Of a DNA stretch of 64,000 nt, positions 24,758 through 38,084 are shown in pieces (within the stretch, counting starts at the first letter, position 1; the number at the start of each line of letters is the position of its first letter). A program made the position numbers and the translations under genes. The stretch is from Octopus sinensis (Eukaryota): assembly GCF_006345805.1 (NCBI RefSeq), contig NC_043011.1, positions 5,518,001 through 5,582,000 of the forward strand. The letters run 5' to 3'. A model generated the notes under the pieces. That model was not told where the DNA came from and made no database searches. It was given only the letters and a program-made list of their open reading frames with translations.

Positions 24758-25453
24758 TAGAAAAAATATTGCTTAAATTTTTTTAAAAAAGAAAACAAAT
24801 TTTAAACATTACAAAATCCTTTGGTTCACAACCAATTTTTTCATCTATGGGCCCATTTGATTACTATCTTATTCTTGTGATATCTTTTATCTTTTACTTG
24901 TTTCAGTTATTGGTTTGCGGCCATGCTGGGGCACTGCCTTGAAGGGTTTTAGTTGAATAAATTAACCACAACACTAAGTTTGGTACTTATTCCATCGACC
25001 TCTTTTGCCGAACTGTTAAGTTACGGAGAAGTAAACAAACCAACACTGGCAGTCAAACAATGACGGGGGACAAATACATTACAAAGACACATATACACAT
25101 ACATAGTACGTACATACATATATGTATGTGTATTACTATTTTCTTCTCTTCTATTTATTTTAGGTCCTTTCAAAATCTCCCCCAGGCGTTACCCATGAAA
25201 ATGTGTCTTGGCCCAATGGCCCTTAAACTTTTGTCTTCGCCGATTGTTTACTCTGTACGTCCATTCTGGCGTCGTTTGTTCCTTCGAAGCTCTAACTCTC
25301 CACAAATTTGATATTTTTTAAATTTCTGGATGCTGCTGTTTTATTAAGTTTTCCTATCATGTTGTTGAAAGATCGAAACAGGGAGTAATTAACAGTCGAC
25401 AACTGAGGAAGAGTTAGACTTCTTTTGGCATTTTGTCCCGCACTTGTCTCTCA

Positions 25454-25534
25454 TTATGTGTTTACGTATCTTTCATTCGTTGGTGATGTCCTATACTTTA
25501 TGTAATATATATATATACATTCATACATACATAC

Positions 25535-25567
<33 letters not shown>

Positions 25568-25663
25568 TGTATGTATGTATGTATGTATGTATGTATGTAT
25601 GTATGTATGTATACTACATAAAGTATAGGACATCACCAACGAGTGAAAAATACGTAAACACAT
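25454..25663. repeat. Foldback: ~50-bp inverted arms around (TATG)n
   Basis: attatgtgtttacgtatctttcattcgttggtgatgtcctatactttatg versus cataaagtataggacatcaccaacgagtgaaaaatacgtaaacacataat. Confidence 0.8.
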
Positions 25664-25664
25664 A

Positions 25665-25699
<35 letters not shown>

Positions 25700-25771
25700 A
25701 TCTCTTGAGCACCACCAGCAAAAAAATTTTTTTCCTCTGTCTTCCCTTCTCGGGATCTTTCCTTCTCCTTT

Positions 25772-25806
25772 GTTTCCGACGAAGAGCTCCGCTCGAAACG
25801 TTAAAC
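25772..25806 (+). ncRNA. Minimal type I hammerhead-like motif (Penelope pLTR type), U4C variant
   Basis: GTTT-CCGACGA-A-GAGC(tcc)GCTC-GAAA-CG-TT-AAAC. Confidence 0.6.
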
Positions 25807-25901
25807 CCTCCTTCCCTTCTTTCCTGAGCGTCAAATAATACTTTAATTGTTCCACGTCCTCGCGTTGCTGTGTTTTTTTTTCTGTGTTTTCTTGTTTGGA
25901 T

Positions 25902-25944
<43 letters not shown>

Positions 25945-25992
25945 TTAGCTCCTACACGCATTTTTTTCTCTCCTTGATTTTTTTTCTTTGTA

Positions 25993-26030
25993 TCTTTCTG
26001 TCGAAGAGCGTAGGCTCGAAACGTAAAAGA
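25993..26030 (+). ncRNA. Minimal type I hammerhead-like motif, A6U variant
   Basis: TCTTT-CTGTCGA-A-GAGC(gtag)GCTC-GAAA-CG-TA-AAAGA. Confidence 0.6.
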
Positions 26031-26127
26031 CTTGTTCTATTTCTATTCCTGAGCACTATACTAATACATTTGTTTGTTTGTACTCCACCTGCCTTCGTCT
26101 TTTGTTTATTTTCGTAAACTTTCCCTT

Positions 26128-26164
<37 letters not shown>

Positions 26165-26174
26165 TATATAGAAG

Positions 26175-26224
26175 GAGCTTCTACAGGACTAGTACTGTTT
26201 CATTCAAGAGAAATCTTCAGGAAG

Positions 26225-26227
<3 letters not shown>
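26175..26227 (-). ncRNA. Type I hammerhead-like motif in a mini-element between (TA)n tracts
   Basis: GAGCTTC-CTGAAGA-T-TTC(tctt)GAA-T-GAAA-CAG(tactagtc)CTG-TA-GAAGCTC: 7-bp stem I, paired stem III, GUA site; stem II is weak. Confidence 0.65.
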
Positions 26228-26297
<70 letters not shown>

Positions 26298-26301
26298 AAA
26301 A

Positions 26302-27038
26302 AAACTTAGAAAAAACTTAGATATGTTTCGACCAAAGATTGGTCCAGGCCATGTCTAACTTAATAGCACCATCTGATAGGATTATCTAAATCTTGTTTAA
26401 GTCAAGTTTTGTTTATAGTCAATTCAAGTAGTGAGTTTTTGTTGGGTGAGTTGTATCCAATTATGGGTGGCTTATCTGGTAATCCTTGAAGGAATCTATC
26501 CAGACTCCGTTTAAAGTTGATGAGATCCTTTTCCTCTTTAATCTCTTTCGGGACAATGTTAAATAGGGCAGGGCCTGTTGAGGAAAAGAAATTATGTTGC
26601 AGTGTACATGTATGCTGTGATCTTGAATTGGGCAGAGGACGTATGGCCCGTGGTCCCAGTCTTGGATGAACCTTGAAGCTAATGTTCAGGTCGTTTGGGC
26701 AAAGTTGGCAGTATATTCTCCACATCGTACAAATGATGTACCGCTTACGGCGACGCTGGAGAGAGTAGAGTTTCAAGGCTTTAAGGCGGTCCCAATAATC
26801 GAGAGCAGCCATGCCTTCAATTCGTTTAGTGAGTGCCCTCTGGGGTGATTCAATCCTCGAGATGTTTTGTCTTGTATGGGGAGAACACAGTGAGCAGCAG
26901 TATTCGAGGTATGGCCGTACAAAGGAGGAGAAAAGTGATATGATGACACTTTGTTCTCTGGACCGGAAAGTTCTTAAGATCCAGGAACTTATCCTACGAG
27001 CTATATCGACCTTGTTGTTGATGTGTGCACTCCAACTG
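26302..27038 (-). mobile_element. CR1-group LINE, 5'-truncated copy of the 59471-61740 family
   Basis: Near-identical to about 59475-60212; ORF 26402..26812; tail (CTAAGTTT)-like repeats. Confidence 0.9.
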
Positions 27039-27316
27039 TATGTATGTATGTATGTAAGTATGTATGTATGTATGGATGGATGGATGGATGGATGGATGTA
27101 TAAGTGTATGTATATATATACAACGGGTTTCCAAACAGTTTCTGTCTAATAATATCCACTCACAAGGCATTGGGTTGTTCGGAGCTAAAGTAGACGACAT
27201 TTGCCCGAGGTGTCGTACTGTGGGATTGAACCTAAAGCCACATAATTGCAAAGCGAGCTTATTAACCCCACGGCTACTGACATTAGATACTTTAAGAAAA
27301 GTATAGCACCGCTGTA

Positions 27317-27399
27317 GCTGTGGTGGTGGAGTGGTTAAAGTCGTTAAACGTCAAATCTAGTGAGATTTATGATCGCTGTTTCGAATCCTTCTCGCAGCA
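27317..27399 (+). pseudogene. Degenerate tRNA-Ser-like copy
   Basis: gctgtggtggtggagtggttaaagtcgttaaacgtcaaatctagtg...tttcgaatccttctcgcagc; length and box positions match the local tRNA-Ser. Confidence 0.6.
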
Positions 27400-28094
27400 T
27401 TCGCCTGAAATTTTCCTCAGTTTTTCTGAAATGAAGTCGATAAAAATAGGAATATGTTGCTCGATTCAATATTAAACTCGATCAGCCAATACGAACGGAA
27501 ATCGAGGACTACATAATCAAATATATCCCTCTATGTACTCAGCTAGCCTATCACCAAAGACGTTCCGGCAGAGACCATCCCTTTCGTTTTTCTTTTTTCT
27601 AGACTAAACCCAACAGACTTTTTATGGAGATTTCCATGCTATTTCTAGCAAGTAGAGTGACCGCTCAGAGGCCTCATCGCTGGCTCGATATTGTTGTTGT
27701 TCATGATGATGATGATTATGTTGGTGATGGTGATGCTTATAATGACAACGATGATAATGGTGTGGATGCTGATGATAATGATGACGGTTATGATGGTGAA
27801 GATGATGATAATACTGAATGAGGAAATGATGACAGCAATGGAGATCCTGGTGGTGATGACGACGTTGATGAAGATAGTTGTGTTGGTGATGGTGGCGATG
27901 ATCGTGGTATTTAATGGTGAAGAATCGAATAACACGAATCACCGGTTTCATAAATTGATTTCAATATGAATGTTAAGAGAATATATACACACGCGAGGGA
28001 GAGTGCATACATACAATATATAATATGATATAATATCAAGTATATATACCAAAAAGCCAAGGGTTTAAAAAAAAAAGAAAAAAAAGTTAACCAG

Positions 28095-28166
28095 TTCCCA
28101 CGCCGGGAATCGAACCCGGGCCACCTGGGTGAGAGCCAGGAATCCTAACCACTAGACCACATGGGA
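28095..28166 (-). tRNA. tRNA-Glu-CTC: tRNA-Glu(CTC)
   Basis: TCCCATGTGGTCTAGTGGTTAGGATTCCTGGCTCTCACCCAGGTGGCCCGGGTTCGATTCCCGGCGTGGGAA, 72 nt; all stems pair; long T-run follows. Confidence 0.95.
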
Positions 28167-28393
28167 AACTGTATCTTAACATCGAACTATAACGGTTATA
28201 AAATATTCTGATTCTATAAATAACCGTTTCGATCGATTCTTCATCAAATGGAGAATATCTGTGTTGCAATTCCTGTCTCGCTGTTCCATACCTAATTCTA
28301 CGTGTGTGTGTGTGTGTGTTTGTGTAAGTGTCAGACAGACAGACGGACAAAGATGGTCACACAGACAAGCAGACAGACAGACACTGACACACA

Positions 28394-28429
<36 letters not shown>

Positions 28430-30193
28430 TGGAAAAGCAGGCAGACAGACAGACGGACGGACAGACTGACATGTAGCTACATAAATACACGGTAGAAATA
28501 CACGGAAGAGAACTTGCACTCACACATACACACAAATGCACATACATGCACATACACATACATACACGCATACGCAAAACGATCACGGGTTAATGTTTAC
28601 AATATTACCCGAAAACGAAAAAAAAAATAATAATACTGCAACGGGTGTTAAAAAATGTGCATGAAACGATGATGAAAACAAAAATGCGCACAAAGCAACG
28701 GGGGTGGGGTGGGGAGTGGACTTCGGAAAATTCACAAGATCCGAGTTTATCCCTCATAACTTTTAGGAATATGTTTTTTTTTTTTAAATGAAGTTTTATA
28801 TAAATACCTTTCAAAAGGCATAGATTACGATTATAAAAAGATTTGTGGATACAATCTTTTCCGAGGGGGTGGTGAGAGGACTTTCGGAAAATTCACAAGA
28901 TGCGATTTTTTCGTTCATAACTTTGAGGAAAATGAATATCTTTTATTGAAATTTTATAGAAATACCTTTCAAACAGCATACATTACGGTTATACAGAAAT
29001 TTATGGGGAAAATCTTTTCCGATGGGGTGTGTTGAGGACTTTCGAAGAGGAAGAAATTCATAAATTATTTTTTGCTTGAGTGTAATAGAAAAAAAAATTA
29101 GATTCATTTTATTTTTTGCGTAATAGAAAAACGCTTTTTAAAAAGATTCCATATATCATAGTGAGAGAAACAAATTCATAAATACGTTGTTGAATATGGT
29201 TTCATTATAGAAAAAAAGTTAAGAGCGATTTAGCTGTTGCTTTTAGCATATCTCACGACCGTCTGATACCGTCCTTATTTGTTTAATATTTTCGGTTAAT
29301 TTCTACAAGTTCTCTCAATCACCAATAAGCAAGTTAACAAGCAAATGGGTGTAGGAAGATTGGTATCGAATGTTTTAAGGTGTGAGCCTAGTTGGGGTAA
29401 GAAGAAAGTTCTACAGTATAAGGAGTTATTGGTGAACGACACCAGGAACCGGTATACATTCTTCCGTGTCATCAGGAACACGGGTATAGTCTTGCAGATA
29501 CGTTATACAAACAATCATTAAAATCGATATAAAATCAATGAATATGTTATAATCGATTAAATATTTAAACCACAAAATTTGAAAAAAAACAACCCAAAAA
29601 TCAAAACAAACAAAGCCTGTGGAGTCATTTTTATTTTCTATTAAAAAAAATGAACGATGCAACGTATTCTATCTTCCACATGACAGCAACTCGATGGGTC
29701 CGTCCATGTCTCTGGGTCCTATAGTAGTAGTAGTAGTAGTAGCAGCAGCAGCTGTAGTAGTAGTGGTGGTGGTGGTCGTCGTCGTCGTCGTCGTAGTAAC
29801 AGCAATAGTTGTTATCATTTAATTCTTGCCCTTAGATGCCTAGTGAAAAAGTGGGAAAGATGAAGGGGTCGGGTGGTCAATAGTAGCCTCTCCCCGCCCA
29901 CGTCCCCGGTTTGACGTGTAAAGTGGCGCAAGCTTTCTTCTGCCTCTTTATGTGGTGAGGCAAGGCGACAGGCAAATATGACTGTCCATCACTGCCCACC
30001 CCCTCGTACAGCCTCGATGTAGCAGAACCATTGCGAAGAGTGTTCCAGCCATGGATATCCCCCACCCCGCCACTTTTGCATATCTGCGAGAATAGTTTTC
30101 AACGTGTCTTTTCCTTTACGTAGAACAGTAGACTATGATTTGATGGGTATTTAGCTGTTATTTCGAGGTGGTGGTGGGTGGTGAATCTAGAGT

Positions 30194-30640
30194 ACTCTTT
30201 TACTCTTTTACTCTTTTACTCTTTTACTCTTTTACTTGTTTCAGTCATTTGACTGCGGCCATGCTAGAGCACCACCTTTAGTCGAGCAAATCGACCCCAG
30301 GACTTATTCTTTGCAATCCTAGTACTTATTCTATCAGTGTCTTTTGCCGAACCGCTAAGTTACGGGAACGTAATCACACCACCATCGGTTGTCAAGCGAT
30401 GTTAGGGGGTGGGGGTGGAACAAACATAGACACACAAACACACACATATATATATATACACATACATATATATACGACGGGCTTCTTTCAGTTTCCGTCT
30501 ACCAAATCCACTCACAAGGCTTTGGTAGGCCCGAGGCTATAGGAGAAGACACTTACATAAGGTGCCACGCAATGGGACTGAACTCGGAACCATGTGGTTG
30601 GTAAGCAAGCTACTTACCACACAGCCACTCCTGCGCCTAT
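30194..30640 (-). mobile_element. SINE family A, complete copy
   Basis: Colinear with 43586-44000; four GAGTAAAA tail units. Confidence 0.9.
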
Positions 30641-30767
30641 ACTGTTGAGAGAGAGAAAGAGAGAGGGAGAGAGAGATGGCGAGAGAGTGAGGGAGCAAAA
30701 TACAACTTTGTTCTGGATTCAGGATAACAACCACTTACCACTCATCCTGATTTGATTGTCGGATACT

Positions 30768-31013
30768 TCTGTCCATTCGGCTATTCCATTCGGCTATTCC
30801 ATTCGACTATTCCATTCGGCTATTCTGTCCATTCGGCTATTCTGTCCATTCGGCTATTCCATTCGGCTATTCTGTCCATTCGGCTATTCTGTCCATTCGA
30901 CTATTCCCTTCGGCTATTCTGTCCATTCAGCTATTCCATTCGGCTATTCTGTCCATTCGGCTATTCTGTCCATTCGGCTATTCCATTCGGCTATTCTGTC
31001 CATTTGGCTATTC
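30768..31013. repeat. Minisatellite of mixed 13-bp (TCCATTCGGCTAT) and 17-bp (TCTGTCCATTCGGCTAT) units
   Basis: About 16 CGGCTATT cores spaced 13 or 17 bp apart. Confidence 0.9.
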
Positions 31014-31061
31014 CCGCCCTCCACATCCTTACGGCGTTTCATTTTGTCGCTACAGATTCTG

Positions 31062-32481
31062 AAATCCCGAGAAGATCAAATCTGCACGAATTGCGGGCAA
31101 GTGCGGTGGAAAACAAGGGTGCGACTTGCAGATCAGGTTCTCCAGCTGCCAAGAGAGCGAAAACCCAAGACAGATATGCAATGGGTACCGCCAGAGGGAT
31201 GAAGGAAGACAAGGAGACCCATGAAGACATAGCACGCTACATTGAAAAATGATCTGAAACAACTTAGTATCGTCTGCGAAGATGCTGGCGGCTCTGCTCC
31301 GAAATGAGATGACTAGAAACGACTCGTTGCCCAATGAATAGGTCAACTGTACGGGAGGTACTAAGATTAAGACTAGACGTGATAACAAAACCGGTCCTCT
31401 GTCGGTTACGACGACGAGTGTTCCAGTTGACCCTATCAATAGAAAACAGCCTGATCGTGAAATGAACGTGCTAGTGGTTGAGTACTCCGCAGGCACTTCA
31501 CGTAGCTCTTAGGTAGATTCAGGATGATGCAGAATGGGACGAGGTAAGCCCTTTGATTTGAATTACGGGTACAACTCAGTTTTGTCAGCTGAGTGAACTG
31601 GAGCAACGTGAAATAAAGTGTGTCGCTCAAGGACCCAATGCGTCGCTGGGAATCAAACTCACGACTTTACGTGAGCCGAACACCCTAACCACTAAGCCAC
31701 GCGCTTTCGCAGACGAACATTGCAGCATTCTACATTGACTCAGTTCACGTTGCGATCGGGAATTACAGAGCAACACATGATATGCCGAGATAAACTATGG
31801 AAGTCTATATGGAACATAAATAGCGCAATAGAGAAGCGATGCTTCGGCGATTAGATGGGGTTTGAAGTTTAGCTGTCGTTTTAGGACGAGCAATTTTAGA
31901 AACTCACTTTTGAATTCGATCCAAGACAAAAAGTAGGTGGGTGGTGGGGACTTGTTTGATCTTTTTCTTGTTTCAGGCATTGGATTGTGGCCATGCTTGA
32001 GCACAGCTTTGAAGTGTTTCGTCCTACAAATCGACTCCAGAGTTTATTTTTAAGTCTGGTATTTATTATATCGGTCACTTCGCCGAACCGCTATGTTACG
32101 GGGACGTAAATAAACCAACACCAGTTGTCAAGTGGTGGTGGTGGTGGTGGGAGGACAAACACAAAGACACAACACACACACATATAAGACGGACTTCCAC
32201 ACAGTTTCCTTTCACCAAATTCACTCACAGGGCATTGGTCTATCCGGATATATAGTAGACATTTACTCGAGGTTCCGCGCTGTAGGAGAAAGAAAGCCCC
32301 TCCGTCTTACCTCAATTTTATCCTCCACCCCACCCTCGCTCACTTCTCCTTCCTATTTCATTTCTTTCTTTCAACCAGTTTCTTTCTTACTACTTCCTGC
32401 TTACCTATGAAGCTTCTGTTGTCCTCTGTTCCTCATTAGCTGCAGCCAGTTTATCAAACACAGAGAATTTATAGCAGATAA
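31062..32481. repeat. Local duplication copy 1 (RTE 3' fragment, a minus-strand SINE, SINE A relic, unique tail)
   Basis: Near-identical to 34566-35984; RTE-like MQWVPPEG*RK..RPMKT..TLKNDLKQLSI at ~31160-31270. Confidence 0.9.
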
Positions 32482-32943
32482 TCGTCTCGGGATTTTGTAA
32501 CAGTTGGCCTGATGTTCCGTTCCTGGGTAAAAACGTAAAATGTTTTCAAACATTCTAGCTAGATAGAGAAAGGACAACATTAAATATTTATTATTCATCT
32601 TCTTTAACTCGCAGACTGGCTTGTAGATTTCAGCACTTTGTAGGTTAGAGTCATGGTAAGGTTTTCAATATTTTAAGCTAATGAAACCCTCGGTAATTAC
32701 ACACTGCACAGCACATGCACTCACTGTTTACAATTTTGACTACGCAACTTCATGGTGGTTATCATGGTCCAGTTAAGAGTTTTAACTATGCTCACAGCAA
32801 GTAGCAGTGTGACAAAACAGGTTATCAGCTTATCTCCGTGGCTGCTTTCATTTATTAGAGTAGTTGATGCATACATTATTGGTCATGCCTTTGTTGTAAG
32901 TGGGGGACAGAGAGTTTAATGGATGTTTAAGAAGTTGTAACGA

Positions 32944-33042
<99 letters not shown>

Positions 33043-33131
33043 TTATCTATCTATCTAGCTAGCTAGCTATATGTCTGTCTGTCTATCTGTCTATCTGTCT
33101 GTCTGTTTGTTTGCCTGTCTGTCTATCTATC

Positions 33132-33190
<59 letters not shown>

Positions 33191-33647
33191 ACACACACAC
33201 AACAAATCTATAAGGAATTGTGATGCAATGTCTCTCTCCTCCACTTCGCTTTTCTCTCTGCTTATCTGTCTGTCTCTCTCTACACATTGACACATATAAG
33301 TATTTATGTAAGTATATGTGCACGTATGTATGCATACATCGCATGTATGCAAATCAGGTTGGCTGATAATGGGGTATCCTGATAAACTTCGGCTATATTT
33401 AGTGATCTAGATTCAAAGTTCTCTGGGTCACCGAGAAAGAGCAGCGCATCTTGTCTGAAGTGGGGGAGATTATCATGAAATAGATCAGAAAGAAGATTAC
33501 CCGCTGCCATCCACTAAGCAAAAATTATTTTTCTCGTTGCTAAAAAGAACAGTTAACATGTTTTTACATCCTTTCAATCTACACCATTAAAAAGGCTTTC
33601 AAATAACTAACTCCACGCTTAATTACTTTATATATTTCGGGCATTCT

Positions 33648-33700
<53 letters not shown>

Positions 33701-34484
33701 CTGTATATACGTAGGTATGTATATATATGAGTGTTTGTGTGTGTGGGGGGGGGGTGAGACTTGGAGCCAACTTGTACAAATATAAAGCAAAAGTCAAACA
33801 TAGAATAATAATAATAATAATAGTAATAATAAATTCTGGTTTTATAGGTCACAAGGGCTAACATAAATCAAAAACATATAAGGACAAACACAGGACGAAA
33901 AGTACAAAGGGTTTTGCGAAAAAGAAAGGTCCGTGTAAACATTCAAATAACAGCGAAAAATATACAACAGTTCGAAAGAACTCCCAATAGGGGGATGCGC
34001 TTTGAAAGGTTACTGGTGGAAAAACCCATAAAAACCACGGGAGCCTGCCTGGCCAAAAAGGGGTAGAGATCCCCTTCTTATATATAACTTTTTTTTACGG
34101 GTGTAACCTCAGAATTGGTGGGTTTATAATCCAAAAGATTGTGCTGACAAATACTGCCCTCGTCCTTAAAAAAAACCCTATCAATTTAAATGTCAGTGTT
34201 GTATTACATGGAGATATTTCGCTACTACTCCTGTCACTTGCCCTGTCCAAGCTTTCAGTCATACGGTAACATTACTTATCCTTCACTCGCCCTAAGGACG
34301 CTGGGTGTGTCTCGGCAAGTGATTGTAACAAACATGCAGATTAAAAGTAAATAATGATAATAATAATAATAATTATAATAATAATAATAATAATAATGAT
34401 AACAACAACAACGACAACAACAACAATAATAATAATAGTAATAGTAATAGTAATAGTAATAATAATAACAACAACAACAACAAT

Positions 34485-34565
<81 letters not shown>

Positions 34566-34569
<4 letters not shown>

Positions 34570-35984
34570 CCCGAGAAGATCAAATCTGCACGAACTGCGG
34601 GCAAGTGCGGTGGAAATAAGAGTGCGACTTGCAGGTCAGGTTCTCCAGCTGCCAAGAGAGCGAAAACCCAAGACAGATATGCAATGGGTACCGCCAGAGG
34701 GATGAAGGAAGACAAGGAGACCCATGAAGACATAGCACGCTACATTGAAAAATGATCTGAAACAACTTAGTATCGTCTGCGAAGATGCTGGCGGCTCTGC
34801 TCCGAAATGAGATGACTAGAAACGACTCGCTGCCCAATGAACAGGCCAACTGTACGGGAGGAACTAAGATTAAGACTAGACGTGATAACAAAACTGGTCC
34901 CCCGTCGGTTACGACGACGAGTGTTCCAGTTGACCCTATCAATAGAAAACAGCCTGATCGTGAAATGAACGTGCTAGTGGTTGAGTACTCCACAGCCACT
35001 TCACGTAGCTCTTAGGTAGATTCAGCATGATGCAGAATGGGACAAGGTAAGCCCTTTGATTTGAAATACGGGTACAACTCAGTTTTGTCAGCTGAGTGAA
35101 CTGGAGCAACGTGAAATAAAGTGTGTCGCTCAAGGACCCAATGCGTCGCTGGGAATCAAACTCACGACTTTACGTGAGCCGAACACCCTAACCACTAAGC
35201 CACGCGCTTTCGCAGACGAACATTGCAGCATTCTACATTGACTCAGTTCACGTTGCGATCGGGAATTACAGAGCAACACATGATATGCCGAGATAAACTA
35301 TGGAAGTCTATATGGAACATAAATAGCGCAATAGAGAAGCGATGCTTCGGCGATTAGATGGGGTTTGAAGTTTAGCTGTCGTTTTAGGACGAGCAATTTT
35401 AGAAACTCACTTTTGAATTCGATCCAAGACAAAAAGTAGGTGGGTGGTGGGGACTTGTTTGATCTTTTTCTTGTTTCAGGCATTGGATTGTGGCCATGCT
35501 TGAGCACAGCTTTGAAGTGTTTCGTCCTACAAATCGACTCCAGAGTTTATTTTTAAGTCTGGTATTTATTATATCGGTCACTTTGCCGAACCGCTATGTT
35601 ACGGGGACGTAAATAAACCAACACCAGTTGTCAAGTGGTGGTGGTGGTGGTGGGAGGACAAACACAAAGACACAACACACACACATATAAGACGGACTTC
35701 CACACAGTTTCCTTTCACCAAATTCACTCACAGGGCATTGGTCTATCCGGATATATAGTAGACATTTACTCGAGGTTCCGCGCTGTAGGAGAAAGAAAGC
35801 CCCTCCGTCTTACCTCAATTTTATCCTCCACCCCACCCTCGCTCACTTCTCCTTCCTATTTCATTTCTTTCTTTCAACCAGTTTCTTTCTTACTACTTCC
35901 TGCTTACCTATGAAGCTTCTGTTGTCCTCTGTTCCTCATTAGCTGCAGCCAGTTTATCAAACACAGAGAATTTATAGCAGATAA
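34566..35984. repeat. Local duplication copy 2
   Basis: Offset about 3503 bp from copy 1; starts at an (AAT)n tract and ends exactly where the R4/Dong element begins. Confidence 0.9.
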
Positions 35985-35985
35985 A

Positions 35986-38035
35986 CTATGGATTGACTAT
36001 AAAAAGGCCTTCGACAGTATACCGCATCCATGGATCTTGAGATCGCTAGACATCTTCAAAATTTCCCCTGTGATTTCAAACTTCCTGAAGCACAATATGT
36101 CGTTGTGGAATACGAATCTCCAATTATACCACTCTAATGGAGTACTTGCCTCAGAAAATATAAACATCAACTGTGGAATTTTTCAAGGTGACTCACTTTC
36201 ACCTTTAATATTCTGCATAGCCCTAATACCCCTTACAAGTGAATTAAACAGAACAGGGTGTGGGTATAAAATTGCCAATAAAAAAATAAGCCATCTATTT
36301 TATATGGATGACTTAAAACTCTATGGTAAAGACAATAATGAACTTGAAGGCCTATTGCGCACTGTGAAAGCATTCAGCGATGACATCGGGATGGAGTTTG
36401 GACTTGAGAAGTGTGCCAAGGCCACTTTCCAGAAAGGGAAAGTGAAGACCACAAATTCAGTCGTGTTAGATGTTGACACAGTCATAAGAGAGCTTGAGCA
36501 AGAACAAACATACAAATATTTAGGGATAAATGAAGGCTCTGGTATTCAGCATGCAAGCATGAAAGAGAAGATCAGAAAGGGATGTTATAGGAGGGTTCGT
36601 GCAGTCCTGAAATCTGAACTAAATGCACGTAACAAGGTGTTAGCTATAAATTCCTTAGCAGTTCCAGCTGTTACTTATAGTTACAATGTGTTGAACTGGA
36701 ATATGAGTGAAGTAAAGAATATAGATAGGAAAATACGCAAGCTGCTGAGTTGTAATAGGATACACCACCCAAAGGCAGACGTAGATCGCCTTTACCTTCC
36801 CAGAGCACAAGGAGGTCGAGGCCTGATCCAATTTGAACTAGCTTACAAAACAACCACAATTGGACTGGCCAAATATCTCGAAATAACGAATGACTGGATG
36901 CTAAAGCTCGTTGAAAATCACGAGAGACGAAAGAAGCTTCATTCTATCATAAAGGAAAGCAAAAAATTTGCTATTGATCTCGTGCAGGATACCCAAACTG
37001 AACAACCCGAGGGAAGTACGGCAACTATTGTTGCAAAGAAGGTAAAAATAATGGCAACGAAAAAAGCGCACGAGCAATTGGCTGATAGGTGGGAGGAGAA
37101 ACCTCTGCACGGCAAATATGTGGCCCGCAGCAAACAAGCTGATGTTGACCAGAAGCAAACCCATCAGTGGCTACGGAGCTCAGGGCTAAAAGCAGAGAGC
37201 GAAGGTTTCATCCTGGCTGCTCAAGATCAAAGCCTATTAACCCGGAACTACCAGACCAATGTGATGAAAAATGGAGCAGACTCAAAATGCCGATTCTGCA
37301 ACGACATGATTGAAACAGTGGACCACCTAATCTCTGGATGTAAAGTCTTAGCACCAGTGGAGTATAAATTAAGACATGACAGAGTTGGCCAATATCTCCA
37401 CTGGCTAATAAGTCGGCATTACAATATCAAAACTGCCGACAAGTGGTATAATCACCACCCTGAGGCTGTAACTGAAGGAGAAAATGTAACCATTCTGTGG
37501 GACTTTCCAGTACATACAGACCGAACCATCAAGGCCAATAAACCAGATATTGTTGTGAAAGACCAAAACAATAAAGTTTGCTTATTGATCGACATAAGCA
37601 TCCCCTGTGATCATAATATCTCAGCGAAAGAGTTTGACAAGCTCAGAAAATATAAAGACCTACTCATTGAAATTGAGAAAATGTGGCATCTCAAGGCGGT
37701 TACAATACCAGTGATCGTAGGAGCACTAGGAATGATCAAGAAGGGAACCGAAAATTATATGAGAATGATCCCTGGCTTACCATCCCTGCAAGAAGTGCAA
37801 AAGATTGTCTTAACTGGTACATCACACGTATTGAGAAGAGCATTGTCGATGTGAGAACTGTTGCTGCTCATGTATTTTAATTTAACTTTAAAAAAAAAAA
37901 ATTTTTTTTTTAATTTTTTTAAATGAACGAACTATTGAGTTTGGTTTAATGGCCTACCAATGTATACTATGAGTTTATTTGCCCTAGGAGTCGGGAAGAC
38001 ACTCGGCAAGAAATGGAAGCAAATTTGAAAGAAGA
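35986..38035 (+). mobile_element. R4/Dong-like non-LTR retrotransposon, 5'-truncated, open RT-CCHC-REL frame
   Basis: Frame open from WIDYKKAFDSIPH (~35989) to the stop at 37854: GIFQGDSLSPLIF, HLFYMDDLKLY, CRFCNDMIETVDHLISGC, KPDIVVKD..LIDISIP..KYKDL; 3' UTR ends in an A-run plus (TAA)n. Confidence 0.92.
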
Positions 38036-38084
38036 AAAAAAAAAAAAATAATAATAATAATAATAATAATAGTGGGTAAAGTGC

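Noticed and set aside
29850-30090. GC-richer unique island with a gtgagg donor
   Set aside because: No consistent exon frame or recognisable homology could be derived by eye
33340-33516. Minus-strand exon candidate (WMAAGNLLSDLFHDNLPHFRQDALL..)
   Set aside because: The acceptor is reasonable, but there is no convincing donor and the phase does not fit neighbouring candidates
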